From: Tannerellaceae bacterium
GTDB lineage: Bacteria > Bacteroidota > Bacteroidia > Bacteroidales > Tannerellaceae
DNA: 64,000 nt
Direction of reading: 5' to 3'
NCBI GenBank assembly: GCA_031264865.1
Contig: JAISDJ010000031.1
Location: 9,553 to 73,552, forward strand
Shown: positions 29,410-38,503 of the stretch, in pieces
Numbering within the stretch: the stretch's first letter is position 1
How the letters are laid out: each line of letters starts with the position of its first letter
Translations under genes and position numbers: made by a program
The notes under the pieces: model-generated
Databases searched by the model: none
What the model saw: only the letters and a program-made list of their open reading frames with translations
What the model was told of the DNA's origin: nothing

Positions 29410-30438
29410 TTAACAAATCCTGGGGAGTTGTTCCCCTGTAAGCATATCTACAATACGGGAACCGCCAAACAAGGTTTTTACTCTGACCATTGGTTTCCCG
29501 TCAACAATTCTTCCAATAACGACTGCTTCTTTCCCCTCCGGGAAACGGTGCATGATACGGAGCGCTTCGTCTGCCTCTTTCTCCGGTAGAATAACAAGTA
29601 CAACGCCTTCGTTGGCAATGTAAAGTGGGTCTAATCCCAGCATTTCCGATGCAGCCTTTACACCCTCCGGTATAGGCAGGGTTGCTTCGTAGAGGACGAT
29701 TTCAACAGACGCCGAGCCGGCAATTTCATTTAATGTAGTAGCTACGCCTCCTCGTGTCGGATCACGAAGAACATGTACCTCTTTTATATTAGTTAACAGA
29801 TGGCCGAGCATATTGTTTAGCGAAGCGGTATCACTTTTTAGCATAGTTTTAAAACCGATACTCTCTCGTGCCGACAGGATGGTAATACCATGTAATCCGA
29901 TTGGGGCGCTACATATAACCACATCACCAGGTTGTGCCAGTTCAGGCGCTATTCGAATGCCGGCAGGTACCATGCCGATACCGGTAGTGTTAATGAATAG
30001 TTTATCGCATTTGCCGCGTTCAACCACTTTGGTATCTCCGGCTATGATTTTTACATCAGCATGGGCGGCAGCTTCTTTCATTGATAACACAATACGGTGA
30101 AGATCGGAAAGCAGCAAGCCCTCTTCAAGAATAAATCCGGCAGTCAGGTACAGGGGAGTAGCTCCGCAACAAGCCAGATCGTTCAATGTACCATTTACCG
30201 CCAGATCACCAATCGTACCGCCAGGGAAAAAGATAGGGTCTACCACAAACGAATCGGTAGAACAAGCCATATTTCCCGAAGCTACGGAGAAAGTACAACC
30301 ATCGTGATTCTGCTCTATAAAAGGATTGGCAAATGCCGGATAAAACACCTTCTGAATTAATTCATGTGTAAGGCGCCCGCCACTACCATGGCCCAGAAGT
30401 ATACGATCGGAATCGGTAAAAGGTACCGTACAAGTCAT
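29410..30438 (-). CDS. hypE: Hydrogenase maturation protein HypE
   Basis: 'HGSGG', 'GDTKVV', 'RDPTRGG', C-terminal 'PRIC'. Confidence 0.96.
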   Translation of the reverse strand: MTCTVPFTDSDRILLGHGSGGRLTHELIQKVFYPAFANPFIEQNHDGCTFSVASGNMACSTDSFVVDPIFFPGGTIGDLAVNGTLNDLACCGATPLYLTAGFILEEGLLLSDLHRIVLSMKEAAAHADVKIIAGDTKVVERGKCDKLFINTTGIGMVPAGIRIAPELAQPGDVVICSAPIGLHGITILSARESIGFKTMLKSDTASLNNMLGHLLTNIKEVHVLRDPTRGGVATTLNEIAGSASVEIVLYEATLPIPEGVKAASEMLGLDPLYIANEGVVLVILPEKEADEALRIMHRFPEGKEAVVIGRIVDGKPMVRVKTLFGGSRIVDMLTGEQLPRIC

Positions 30439-30476
30439 AATTGTGATTTATTTGATTACTCTTTTAACTCCATTGA

Positions 30477-31568
30477 TTATTTAAAATTATAATAAGCAGC
30501 GCATACTCCTTCGGGCGAAACCATCGGAGCGCCTATCGGATGGAGTGGTGTACAATCTGTACAAAAGTGCGGGCAGTCGGTCACCTGTTTCAGTCCCCGC
30601 ATGATGCTGCCGGCGATGCAATCGGAAGAAACTCTTTTGTCCCCATTGTTCCTCTCGTCTCTTTTACTTGAATGATTAGCCGGATTTATTTCCCATTCAC
30701 TATGCTTCATGCGGAATCCGCTTTTGGGTATAATTCCTATCCCACGCCATTCCTGGTCGCAGGGCTCGAACATTTCGTCGATAAGAGCGCGTGCCTGGCG
30801 GTTCCCGTCTTCTGTTACCACTCTTTTATAGGCATTTTCTACAGAGCAAGCACTGGTTTCAAGTTGAGTAATGCAGCGATAGATACCATAAAGTAAATCT
30901 ACCGGTTCAAAACCTGTCACCACCATTGGCGTGTGATACTTGGTGGCTATCGGTTGGTAATCGCGATAGCCGGCGATAGCACATACATGTCCGGCAAGCA
31001 GAAATCCGTCTATCCTGCAAATTGGCTCGGAGAGAATTGCCTCTATAACTGCCGGGACAGTAAACAACGAAAGCAACAGGTAGAAATTGGACAACTGCCT
31101 GCGGTGCGCTTCCTTAACAGCCGCCAAGTGTACGGGAGCGGTCGTCTCAAAACCGATAGCAAAGAATACGACCCTTTTATCCGGATGGCTGGCGGCTATC
31201 TCTACAGCGTCGAGAGGCGAATAGAGCATGCGGATGTCGGCTCCACGAGCTTTTATCCGAAGCAAGTCTTCCCGGCTGCCGGGAACACGCATCATATCGC
31301 CGAAAGAGGTAAAAATTACATCTGGCTGCATAGCCAGTTCCAGTGCGTAATCAATTGTAGCTTCAGGTGTAACGCATACCGGACAGCCGGGGCCATGAAG
31401 CAGGGTTATCTCCTGAGGCAATAATTCCTCCAGACGATAACGGGCGATAGCATGCGTCTGTCCCCCGCATACTTCCATGATATGCCACGGGCGGGTAACT
31501 TGTCTGCGGATAGCCTCTATAAGTATTTCTGCCCGTTCCTTATTCCTATATTCATTCAAATACTTCAT
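30477..31568 (-). CDS. hypD: Hydrogenase maturation protein HypD
   Basis: 'MEVCGGQTH', 'GPGCPVC', 'GFETTAP'. Confidence 0.96.
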   Translation of the reverse strand: MKYLNEYRNKERAEILIEAIRRQVTRPWHIMEVCGGQTHAIARYRLEELLPQEITLLHGPGCPVCVTPEATIDYALELAMQPDVIFTSFGDMMRVPGSREDLLRIKARGADIRMLYSPLDAVEIAASHPDKRVVFFAIGFETTAPVHLAAVKEAHRRQLSNFYLLLSLFTVPAVIEAILSEPICRIDGFLLAGHVCAIAGYRDYQPIATKYHTPMVVTGFEPVDLLYGIYRCITQLETSACSVENAYKRVVTEDGNRQARALIDEMFEPCDQEWRGIGIIPKSGFRMKHSEWEINPANHSSKRDERNNGDKRVSSDCIAGSIMRGLKQVTDCPHFCTDCTPLHPIGAPMVSPEGVCAAYYNFK

Positions 31569-31803
31569 CTTTCAGGGTGTTTCGGGCAATTGTGTCTAAA
31601 TCGTTCAATGTTTGTTCGGCTTCAGCAGCATCTACTGTGGCAATAGCTAATCCGGCATGCGCCAGAATGTAATCGCCTTCCGACACATCTACCCATTGTA
31701 TACAAATATCTTTGATTACTCCTCCGAAATCCACGCTCGCCATTGCCAATTCAGGTACGGAACGGTTTATATTGATAATTTTGCCAGGTACTGCCAAACA
31801 CAT
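31552..31803 (-). CDS. hypC: Hydrogenase chaperone HypC
   Basis: 'MCLAVPG' and 'LAHAG'. Confidence 0.95.
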   Translation of the reverse strand: MCLAVPGKIININRSVPELAMASVDFGGVIKDICIQWVDVSEGDYILAHAGLAIATVDAAEAEQTLNDLDTIARNTLKDEVFE

Positions 31804-31831
31804 AGTTCTTTTTCTTTATGATAGCCAGACC

Positions 31832-31941
31832 CAAAGGTAACGATTCTGTTTTACATCAAATGTATTAATTGTGACATTAGTGGGTTATTTCTTTTTTTAG
31901 GTATTCAAAAAAAAGAAATAACTTCATTATTTTTACTTTTG
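31832..31941. promoter_or_regulatory. Divergent hypC/hypF promoter region containing inverted repeats
   Basis: TACCTTTG (minus, 31832-31839); TACTTTTG (plus, 31934-31941); 15-bp inverted repeat at 31884-31898/31908-31922. Confidence 0.55.
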
Positions 31942-31946
31942 TTATC

Positions 31947-34214
31947 ATGTATGAAAAGAATATAGCAATACACATCAGGGGACTTGTGCAAGGCGTAGGT
32001 TTCCGTCCGTTTATTTACAGATTGGCACAACAGATGAATATCAGCGGCGAGGTAGAAAACAATACAAATGGCGTAACAATCCATGCCAAACTTTCTGCTG
32101 ATATCTACGATTTGTTTATTAAAAGGATAAGGGAAGAACATCCCTCGGTATCATCTATCCATTCCATAGAAATCAGGGAAGAAGAGAGTGATAAAGAATA
32201 TGTAGGTTTCAGTATCGCATCAAGTCATACGGCTTCCAATAAGGTAACACAGGTATCTCCCGATATTGCTATTTGTCCCAAATGCCTGGCCGACCGTAAA
32301 AGGCAACCGCATCGTATCTTTTTCCCTTTTATTAATTGCACGGAATGTGGTCCAAGGTTTACTATCATCAAAGACTTGCCTTACGACCGGAAGCGCACCA
32401 CAATGGCTCCTTTTACGATGTGCCCTCATTGCCGTAATGAATACCTTACTGTGGCCGGCCGGCGTTTCCATGCCCAGCCGATGGCCTGCAACGATTGCGG
32501 TCCCTCATACGCGGCTACGTATAAAAAAGAACGGTACGGTACATATTCTCAAATCCTGGAAATGACTACTCGCCTTATACGTGAAGGCGAGGTAATAGCC
32601 GTGCGGGGATTGGGTGGATACCATTTGGTTTGTGACGCCCTTCATGAAGGAGCTGTCAGGTCTTTGAGGGAACTGAAGCAACGGGATAATAAACCTTTTG
32701 CCGTAATGTTTCGTAGCATGGAAGATATAAAACAATATGCTCTTGTAAATAAAGAAGAAGAATGCCTCCTTGTTTCATGGCGCCGGCCGATTGTTTTGCT
32801 TCGGCAGCTGAAACCGCTTTCATCCGGAGTGAACCCACAGATGCAGACAATTGGTTGTATGCTTCCCTATATGGCTATCCATTATGATTGGTTTGATGCC
32901 CTTGATACGCCGGTACTTGTAATGACGAGCGCTAATATAAGTGATATGCCCATTGTTATCTCACCCGAAGAGGCCGAAAGATGCTTCGGGCGGAACGTAA
33001 GCCTTCTGCTTCATCATAACCGGGAGATATATAACCGGGCAGACGATTCGGTAGTACAGGTTTTCGGGCGGCAACCTTCTATCATCCGCCGTTCGCGTGG
33101 ATATGCGCCCGAATCTCTTTTTGCAGGAATAAAAACCGAAGGAATCCTTGCATTCGGGGCTGAAACAGTAAATACCTTTGCCCTCGGTAAAGATGATATG
33201 ATTATACCGAGCCAATATATTGGCGACCTGAAGAATTGGGAAACCCACAACTTCTATCAGGAGTCGATGGATCGTTTCATGCGTCTTTTCCGCTTTAGGC
33301 CACGACAAGTGGTATGCGATATGCATCCCGATTATCACTCTTCCATTGAAGCCGCCCGTTTTGCCTATAGTAAGGGAATACCCGTAATAAAGGTGCAGCA
33401 TCATCACGCTCATGCCGCCGCTTGTATGGCCGAGTATGGTTTAGACGAGCCGGTGATAGCTGTTGTTTTCGATGGTACCGGATTGGGCGATGACGGTGCT
33501 ATATGGGGTGGCGAGTTTCTGCTTTGCGACAAGATTTCATACAAACGTTTGGCACATCTCGAATATGTCAGCCTGCCCGGTGGTGACAAAGCATCGTTAA
33601 ACGCCTGGCGTATGGCAATCGCTTACCTTCTGAAATATAACCTGCCTTATCCCGTATCTTTTGCCGAGAGAGTAGGGGCACTGAACATAGACACTATACA
33701 AACAATGATAGGCAAAAATATAAACAGCCCGTCGACTTCGAGTGCCGGACGACTATTCGATGCCGTTTCTTCGTTGTTGAATATATGTGATGATTCCACT
33801 TATCAGGGAGAAGCCGCTATCCTTTTAGAACAGCAAGCGCTAACGGAAAAAACGTCGGAGAGTTATTTTTATCCTTTTTCTATAAGCGAAGGTACTTTGC
33901 CGTTGGAAGGTATACTGAGGGGTATCCTTACTGATTTGTCTACCGAAATGGCGGTTGAACGTATAGCGTATCGTTTCCACTTCACAATGGCTAAACTGAT
34001 AACGGAGGAGGCTAAGTTTCTATTAGCTAAGAACGGTGTAGGTAAAGTGGTTATTTCGGGAGGATGCTTTCAGAACCATCTTCTTACCAGGATGTTGCAA
34101 CGTTGTTTCCATAAAGAAAAGATACCGCTTTATATCCCTTCTCTCATACCGTGTAATGATGGGGGTATCTCGGTGGGGCAGGTAGCAGTTGCTGCTGCAA
34201 CGGTTAATAAGTAG
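31947..34214 (+). CDS. hypF: Carbamoyltransferase HypF
   Basis: 'GLVQGVGFRPF' acylphosphatase domain; two CxxC-pair zinc fingers; 'QHHHAH'; 'DGTG'; 'NDGG'. Confidence 0.96.
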   Translation: MYEKNIAIHIRGLVQGVGFRPFIYRLAQQMNISGEVENNTNGVTIHAKLSADIYDLFIKRIREEHPSVSSIHSIEIREEESDKEYVGFSIASSHTASNKVTQVSPDIAICPKCLADRKRQPHRIFFPFINCTECGPRFTIIKDLPYDRKRTTMAPFTMCPHCRNEYLTVAGRRFHAQPMACNDCGPSYAATYKKERYGTYSQILEMTTRLIREGEVIAVRGLGGYHLVCDALHEGAVRSLRELKQRDNKPFAVMFRSMEDIKQYALVNKEEECLLVSWRRPIVLLRQLKPLSSGVNPQMQTIGCMLPYMAIHYDWFDALDTPVLVMTSANISDMPIVISPEEAERCFGRNVSLLLHHNREIYNRADDSVVQVFGRQPSIIRRSRGYAPESLFAGIKTEGILAFGAETVNTFALGKDDMIIPSQYIGDLKNWETHNFYQESMDRFMRLFRFRPRQVVCDMHPDYHSSIEAARFAYSKGIPVIKVQHHHAHAAACMAEYGLDEPVIAVVFDGTGLGDDGAIWGGEFLLCDKISYKRLAHLEYVSLPGGDKASLNAWRMAIAYLLKYNLPYPVSFAERVGALNIDTIQTMIGKNINSPSTSSAGRLFDAVSSLLNICDDSTYQGEAAILLEQQALTEKTSESYFYPFSISEGTLPLEGILRGILTDLSTEMAVERIAYRFHFTMAKLITEEAKFLLAKNGVGKVVISGGCFQNHLLTRMLQRCFHKEKIPLYIPSLIPCNDGGISVGQVAVAAATVNK

Positions 34215-34248
34215 TAAAGGAGTTAAACAAAACTCCTTTAACTCTTTT
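34215..34248. terminator. Probable bidirectional terminator between hypF and the OmpA gene
   Basis: taaaggagtt/aactccttta 10-bp stem between convergent stop codons. Confidence 0.65.
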
Positions 34249-34254
34249 GACTTT

Positions 34255-34929
34255 TTACTTCAGTGTACCTTGGTGAGCTTCCTGAATCATCTTTTCATTA
34301 GCCATGATCATAATTTCAACACGGCGGTTCAGTGCACGGCCTTCGGCGGTGGCATTAGTTGCTACCGGGTCGTGAATACCTTTACCTTCGTATGTCATAC
34401 GGTCGCTGCTTACCCCTTGATTCATTAAATAATCGTATACACTTTGTGCACGTTTTTCAGACAATGTCTGGTTATAGTCTACTCTGCCTGTATTATCCGT
34501 ATGTCCTATAACTTTGATGTACGTATCAGGATTTTGTTTCAAGCTTGTAGAAAAGTTCCGGAGAGCTGATTTGGAGGCATCACTTACGGAGCTCGAATTG
34601 GTCGTAAATAGAATTCCGGAATCAAAAGTAATTTTTAAAGCTTCGCCATTGTTTACAATTTCAACAGTAGCATCCGGAACAACTGCTTCGAGTTCTTTTT
34701 TCTGTTTATCCATTTTCCTACCAATCAGTGCACCTGCTGCACCACCAACTGCTGCACCGATCACAGCGCCTAAAGCCGTGTTGCCAGCCAATGCTCCCAC
34801 GCCGGCTCCTACAGCGCCACCGGCTCCCACGCCGATTCCCGTACCTTTTACTGTGTTGCTTGCTCCACAACCGGAAAATAATACTGCCATACAAAGCGCT
34901 ACGACAGCTACCAATTTCAAATTTCGCAT
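34255..34929 (-). CDS. OmpA-family lipoprotein with glycine zipper
   Basis: Lipobox 'FSGC'; Gly-zipper; 'GHTD...LSEKRA...NRRVEI'. Confidence 0.9.
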   Translation of the reverse strand: MRNLKLVAVVALCMAVLFSGCGASNTVKGTGIGVGAGGAVGAGVGALAGNTALGAVIGAAVGGAAGALIGRKMDKQKKELEAVVPDATVEIVNNGEALKITFDSGILFTTNSSSVSDASKSALRNFSTSLKQNPDTYIKVIGHTDNTGRVDYNQTLSEKRAQSVYDYLMNQGVSSDRMTYEGKGIHDPVATNATAEGRALNRRVEIMIMANEKMIQEAHQGTLK

Positions 34930-34965
34930 AACTTCATTCTTATTTTTAAAACGATATAATTCTAA

Positions 34966-35286
34966 TCAATCATTGAGTGAATCGCAATAGTCTAATTCTC
35001 CCAACACAATAAACATAATCTGATCGGCTTCAAACTTGCCGATTCCATCTTTTTGTGCATTTTTAATTACAAAACTTGTTAGTTCATCTTCATCTATTTC
35101 CACATCGTCGTCATCATCTCTTTCATTCAGGTAGCCTTTGGATTCGTAATATTCGTATATCAAATCCACTATATAGTTGATGTCATCGTCGGTGAATTTA
35201 CCTTTCAGTTCCTGGGGAAGGTAATTTTGAATGAATTTAACGGCATCTTCGTCGTCGTATTCAAAGAGATCTTCTTTTTCGTTCAT
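34966..35286 (-). CDS. Small acidic hypothetical protein
   Basis: 106-aa D/E-rich ORF; TATCTTTG upstream at 35323-35330. Confidence 0.75.
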   Translation of the reverse strand: MNEKEDLFEYDDEDAVKFIQNYLPQELKGKFTDDDINYIVDLIYEYYESKGYLNERDDDDDVEIDEDELTSFVIKNAQKDGIGKFEADQIMFIVLGELDYCDSLND

Positions 35287-35333
35287 AACATTTCTTTTTT
35301 ATTAGTTATTGTATCTGTAGAGCAAAGATACGA

Positions 35334-37391
35334 TTACTTTTCAATTCTGATACGGGCATCAACGGCAAATAATCCTCTTTCGGTGGCTACAATCGGGTTG
35401 ATGTCTATTTCCTTTATTTCGGGTGAAAACCGGAGGAGTGTAGACAACCTAACGATAATATCTGCGTATTGTTGTTCGTCGATTCCTTTTTGTCCGCGGG
35501 TCCCTTTGATTATCGGGTAACCGCGCAGGGAGCGAATCATGGAGAACGTTTCATCGTAGGATAGTGGCGCCAAGCCGTAGGATACGTCTTGTAGCACTTC
35601 AACAAAGATTCCACCTAATCCGCATAAGACAATGTGTCCGAAACGGTCTTCGTATTTTGCTCCCAGGAATAACTCCTGCCCTTGTAGCATGGGCTGTACC
35701 AAGACGCCGGTTACATCCGGGAGTTTCATCATCCGTTGGTATTCCAATACCAAATGTTCTTCACTGCGGATGTTGAGTGCTACTCCTCCGATGTCGCTTT
35801 TGTGTACAGGTCCTACTACTTTGGCTACTACCGGGTATTTTACCTTCTTGGCGAATGCCGTCAACTCTTTCTTAGTGGATGAGGCGAGTTCTTCTACCAA
35901 AGGTATCCTGGCTGTTGATAAGACTTTACGCACATCCTCCGGACTTAAATAGCCATTGGGCAAGGCTTCTACCAATCTTCGTATTTCCGGGACGTTTACC
36001 CCGTATAACTGTATGTCGGTACTTGCTGGCTTAGGCGTATTTATCACCCTTGACAAGGCCGTTCCTAAGGTTACTTCGTCGGAGAAGTTAACATGGCCTT
36101 TCTTTATAAAGCTTTTCACTTCAGGACTGGCTGTTACAATGGACGGAAGGACGGGGAATATTGGTTTTCCACATTCTTCCATCTTCTTATGCAAGACTTC
36201 GTAAGCATCGTAAAGTTTAACGAGGCCGGGACTTCCGAAGATAACCATCATCAAATCGATATTGTCGAAACGATTTTCGCAGTAGTCGATAGCTGTTGCC
36301 AGATGTTCGGGTGTTCCGGTTCCGATGACATCTATCGGATTGCCTACGGCGGCGCCGGGATATAGTTTTGTTTTGAGTTCGTCGGCGATAGGGCCATTCA
36401 AATCGGGAACGTTAATACGACCTTTTGACAGAGCATCGGCCAGCATAACAGCCGGTCCGCCGGCATGTGTTACAATGGCGCAATTTTTCCCTTTTACTTC
36501 TTTGAGGGTGAAGATGCTTGTAACGGTAGTGAGTTCTTCGCGACTGAAGCAACGTACGATTCCGGCTTTGCGGAATAAGGCTTCGACAGCTGAATCAGAA
36601 CTAGCCATAGCTCCGGTATGAGAAGATGCGGCACGCTTCCCAGACTCTGTGCTTCCCGCTTTGATTGCGGCAATGCGGCATCCTTTCCGGATGAGCGAAG
36701 AAGCATGGTAGAGGAGTTTGTCCGGGTCTTTAACGCTCTCCATATAGATCATTTTTATTTTAGAATCGAGTACGGGGTCGAAGTGTTGGTCCATGTATTC
36801 GATGATGTCTTCTACACCGATTTGTTTTGAATTGCCAACTGTCCAGACGGAAGAGAATCGCAAGCCTTTGGTAAGGGCTGATTCCATGATGAAGAGCGCT
36901 GTCCCGCCTGAGCTGGAGATAAAATCAACGCCATCGGGATGAAATTCGGGTATCGGCTGGGTAAATACTCCATGATAGTTCATATTCATTACGCCAATGC
37001 AATTGGGACCTATCAAGGATGCTTCTGCGTCATTGGCTATTTTCAGGAGTTGGTTTTCCAAAACGGCTCCTTCTTCCGTTTCTTCGCCAAAACCTGCCGA
37101 AACGACAATAAAGGCTTTTACGTTTTTCTCGTTCGCTAATACTTCCATCATTTCGGGACAAGATTTATTGGGAATAGAAATGATGGCCAACTCTGTTTCG
37201 GGAATGTCTTTCACACTCTGGTACGACTTCAGTCCTTGTACTTCTGTTTCTTTGGTATTTACTACATATAATCCACCTTTGTATTTGCCATCGAGCAAGT
37301 TTCTTACAGTACGCCCGCCGGGTTTATGTACATTGTTGGAACCTCCAACGACAACGATGCTTTGTGGATTTATTAATTCTCTATTGATCAT
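35334..37391 (-). CDS. Acetate--CoA ligase (ADP-forming) family protein, fused alpha-beta
   Basis: CoA-binding N-terminus; 'GPNCIG'; phospho-His 'SHTG'; 'HKSDIGGV'; 'EIDINP'. Confidence 0.88.
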   Translation of the reverse strand: MINRELINPQSIVVVGGSNNVHKPGGRTVRNLLDGKYKGGLYVVNTKETEVQGLKSYQSVKDIPETELAIISIPNKSCPEMMEVLANEKNVKAFIVVSAGFGEETEEGAVLENQLLKIANDAEASLIGPNCIGVMNMNYHGVFTQPIPEFHPDGVDFISSSGGTALFIMESALTKGLRFSSVWTVGNSKQIGVEDIIEYMDQHFDPVLDSKIKMIYMESVKDPDKLLYHASSLIRKGCRIAAIKAGSTESGKRAASSHTGAMASSDSAVEALFRKAGIVRCFSREELTTVTSIFTLKEVKGKNCAIVTHAGGPAVMLADALSKGRINVPDLNGPIADELKTKLYPGAAVGNPIDVIGTGTPEHLATAIDYCENRFDNIDLMMVIFGSPGLVKLYDAYEVLHKKMEECGKPIFPVLPSIVTASPEVKSFIKKGHVNFSDEVTLGTALSRVINTPKPASTDIQLYGVNVPEIRRLVEALPNGYLSPEDVRKVLSTARIPLVEELASSTKKELTAFAKKVKYPVVAKVVGPVHKSDIGGVALNIRSEEHLVLEYQRMMKLPDVTGVLVQPMLQGQELFLGAKYEDRFGHIVLCGLGGIFVEVLQDVSYGLAPLSYDETFSMIRSLRGYPIIKGTRGQKGIDEQQYADIIVRLSTLLRFSPEIKEIDINPIVATERGLFAVDARIRIEK

Positions 37392-37470
37392 AACGTTTTG
37401 ACTGTTTTTAATGGATATTATCGCACAAATATAACGTTATTATCGATTTTCACAAGGTATCTGGGCTATT

Positions 37471-38202
37471 TTATTTACATTTTGCACATTCGGAAACCAA
37501 CCAATTGCACCATTCTTCCATTCCGGTTCCTTTTGTGGCTGAAACTTCAAAGAAGTGGAGGTGATGGTTCACGCTGAGTGCGTTTTCGCGAAGTATCTTC
37601 ACATCCGTATCTAGATAGGGCGCCAAGTCTATTTTGTTTATGATGCAGATGTGGGCTTGCTGGAACATCAGTGGGTATTTTAGTGGTTTGTCGTCGCCTT
37701 CGGTTGTACAGACAATGACCACTTTCAGGGCTTCGCCAAGGTCGAACATGGCAGGACATACCAGATTGCCTACATTTTCAATAAAAAGGATGGCGCCTTC
37801 AGCAGGATCAAGATGCTTGATGGCATGGTTTACCATATCTGCTTCGAGGTGGCAGCCTGTTCCGGTGTTGACTTGGAATACCGGTACGTTAAGGGCGGCA
37901 ATACGGTCGGCATCGTTGCTTGTTTGCTGATCGCCTTCGATAACATAGACTTTTTCCTTTAGCCGGCGAATGGTTTCTTCAAGCAATGACGTTTTTCCCG
38001 ATCCCGGAGAACTCATCAAGTTGAGGCAAAGGATCTTTTTTGCTTCAAAATAGCCCCGGTTACGCTCGGCAAGGAGATTATTACGTTGTAGAATGTCTTG
38101 TTCTACCTGTATGATGGTACGTTCGCCATGATGATGGTGTCCATCGGAATGTTCATGATCGTGGGAGTGCCCGTGGCCTCCGCATCCGCAAGTTCCACAC
38201 AT
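37471..38202 (-). CDS. hypB: Hydrogenase nickel GTPase HypB
   Basis: N-terminal 'MCGTCGC' plus His-rich tract; 'SPGSGKT', 'CHL', 'ENVGNLVCP', 'NKID'. Confidence 0.96.
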   Translation of the reverse strand: MCGTCGCGGHGHSHDHEHSDGHHHHGERTIIQVEQDILQRNNLLAERNRGYFEAKKILCLNLMSSPGSGKTSLLEETIRRLKEKVYVIEGDQQTSNDADRIAALNVPVFQVNTGTGCHLEADMVNHAIKHLDPAEGAILFIENVGNLVCPAMFDLGEALKVVIVCTTEGDDKPLKYPLMFQQAHICIINKIDLAPYLDTDVKILRENALSVNHHLHFFEVSATKGTGMEEWCNWLVSECAKCK

Positions 38203-38233
38203 AATTCTTGTTTTATTGTTACTAATTTGTTTT

Positions 38234-38476
38234 CTAACTGATAACAATCGATTTGACACGGAGTTCCTTTCCATGTGGCGTTTTTATTACAATGCGCGCC
38301 TTTTCGAGCCGTGTGCCTTTTACGACGCTTTGAAGGGCAAAGGTGAGCGTTTGTATTTCAACGCCTGCCAGTTGCCCGATTTCAAGTTCTATTTCTTCAA
38401 TTTCCGAAGCATTTCGGCTACTAGCCTGCTCTTCGGCCAATTCTACAATGCTATATGCTATTGATAATTCGTGCAT
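38234..38476 (-). CDS. hypA: HypA nickel chaperone, short form lacking the zinc-binding domain
   Basis: 'MHELSIA' and C-terminal 'GKELRVKSI'; 80 aa, no Cys. Confidence 0.85.
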   Translation of the reverse strand: MHELSIAYSIVELAEEQASSRNASEIEEIELEIGQLAGVEIQTLTFALQSVVKGTRLEKARIVIKTPHGKELRVKSIVIS

Positions 38477-38481
38477 ACTTG

Positions 38482-38489
38482 CAAATGTA
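38482..38489 (-). promoter_or_regulatory. Bacteroidetes -7 element upstream of hypAB
   Basis: TACATTTG, 5 nt before the hypA ATG. Confidence 0.55.
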
Positions 38490-38503
38490 GTATTTTTCTG
38501 TCT

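Noticed and set aside
38234-38300. hypA frameshift pseudogene
   Set aside because: N- and C-terminal motifs are in one frame with a normal stop; the segment is absent, not shifted
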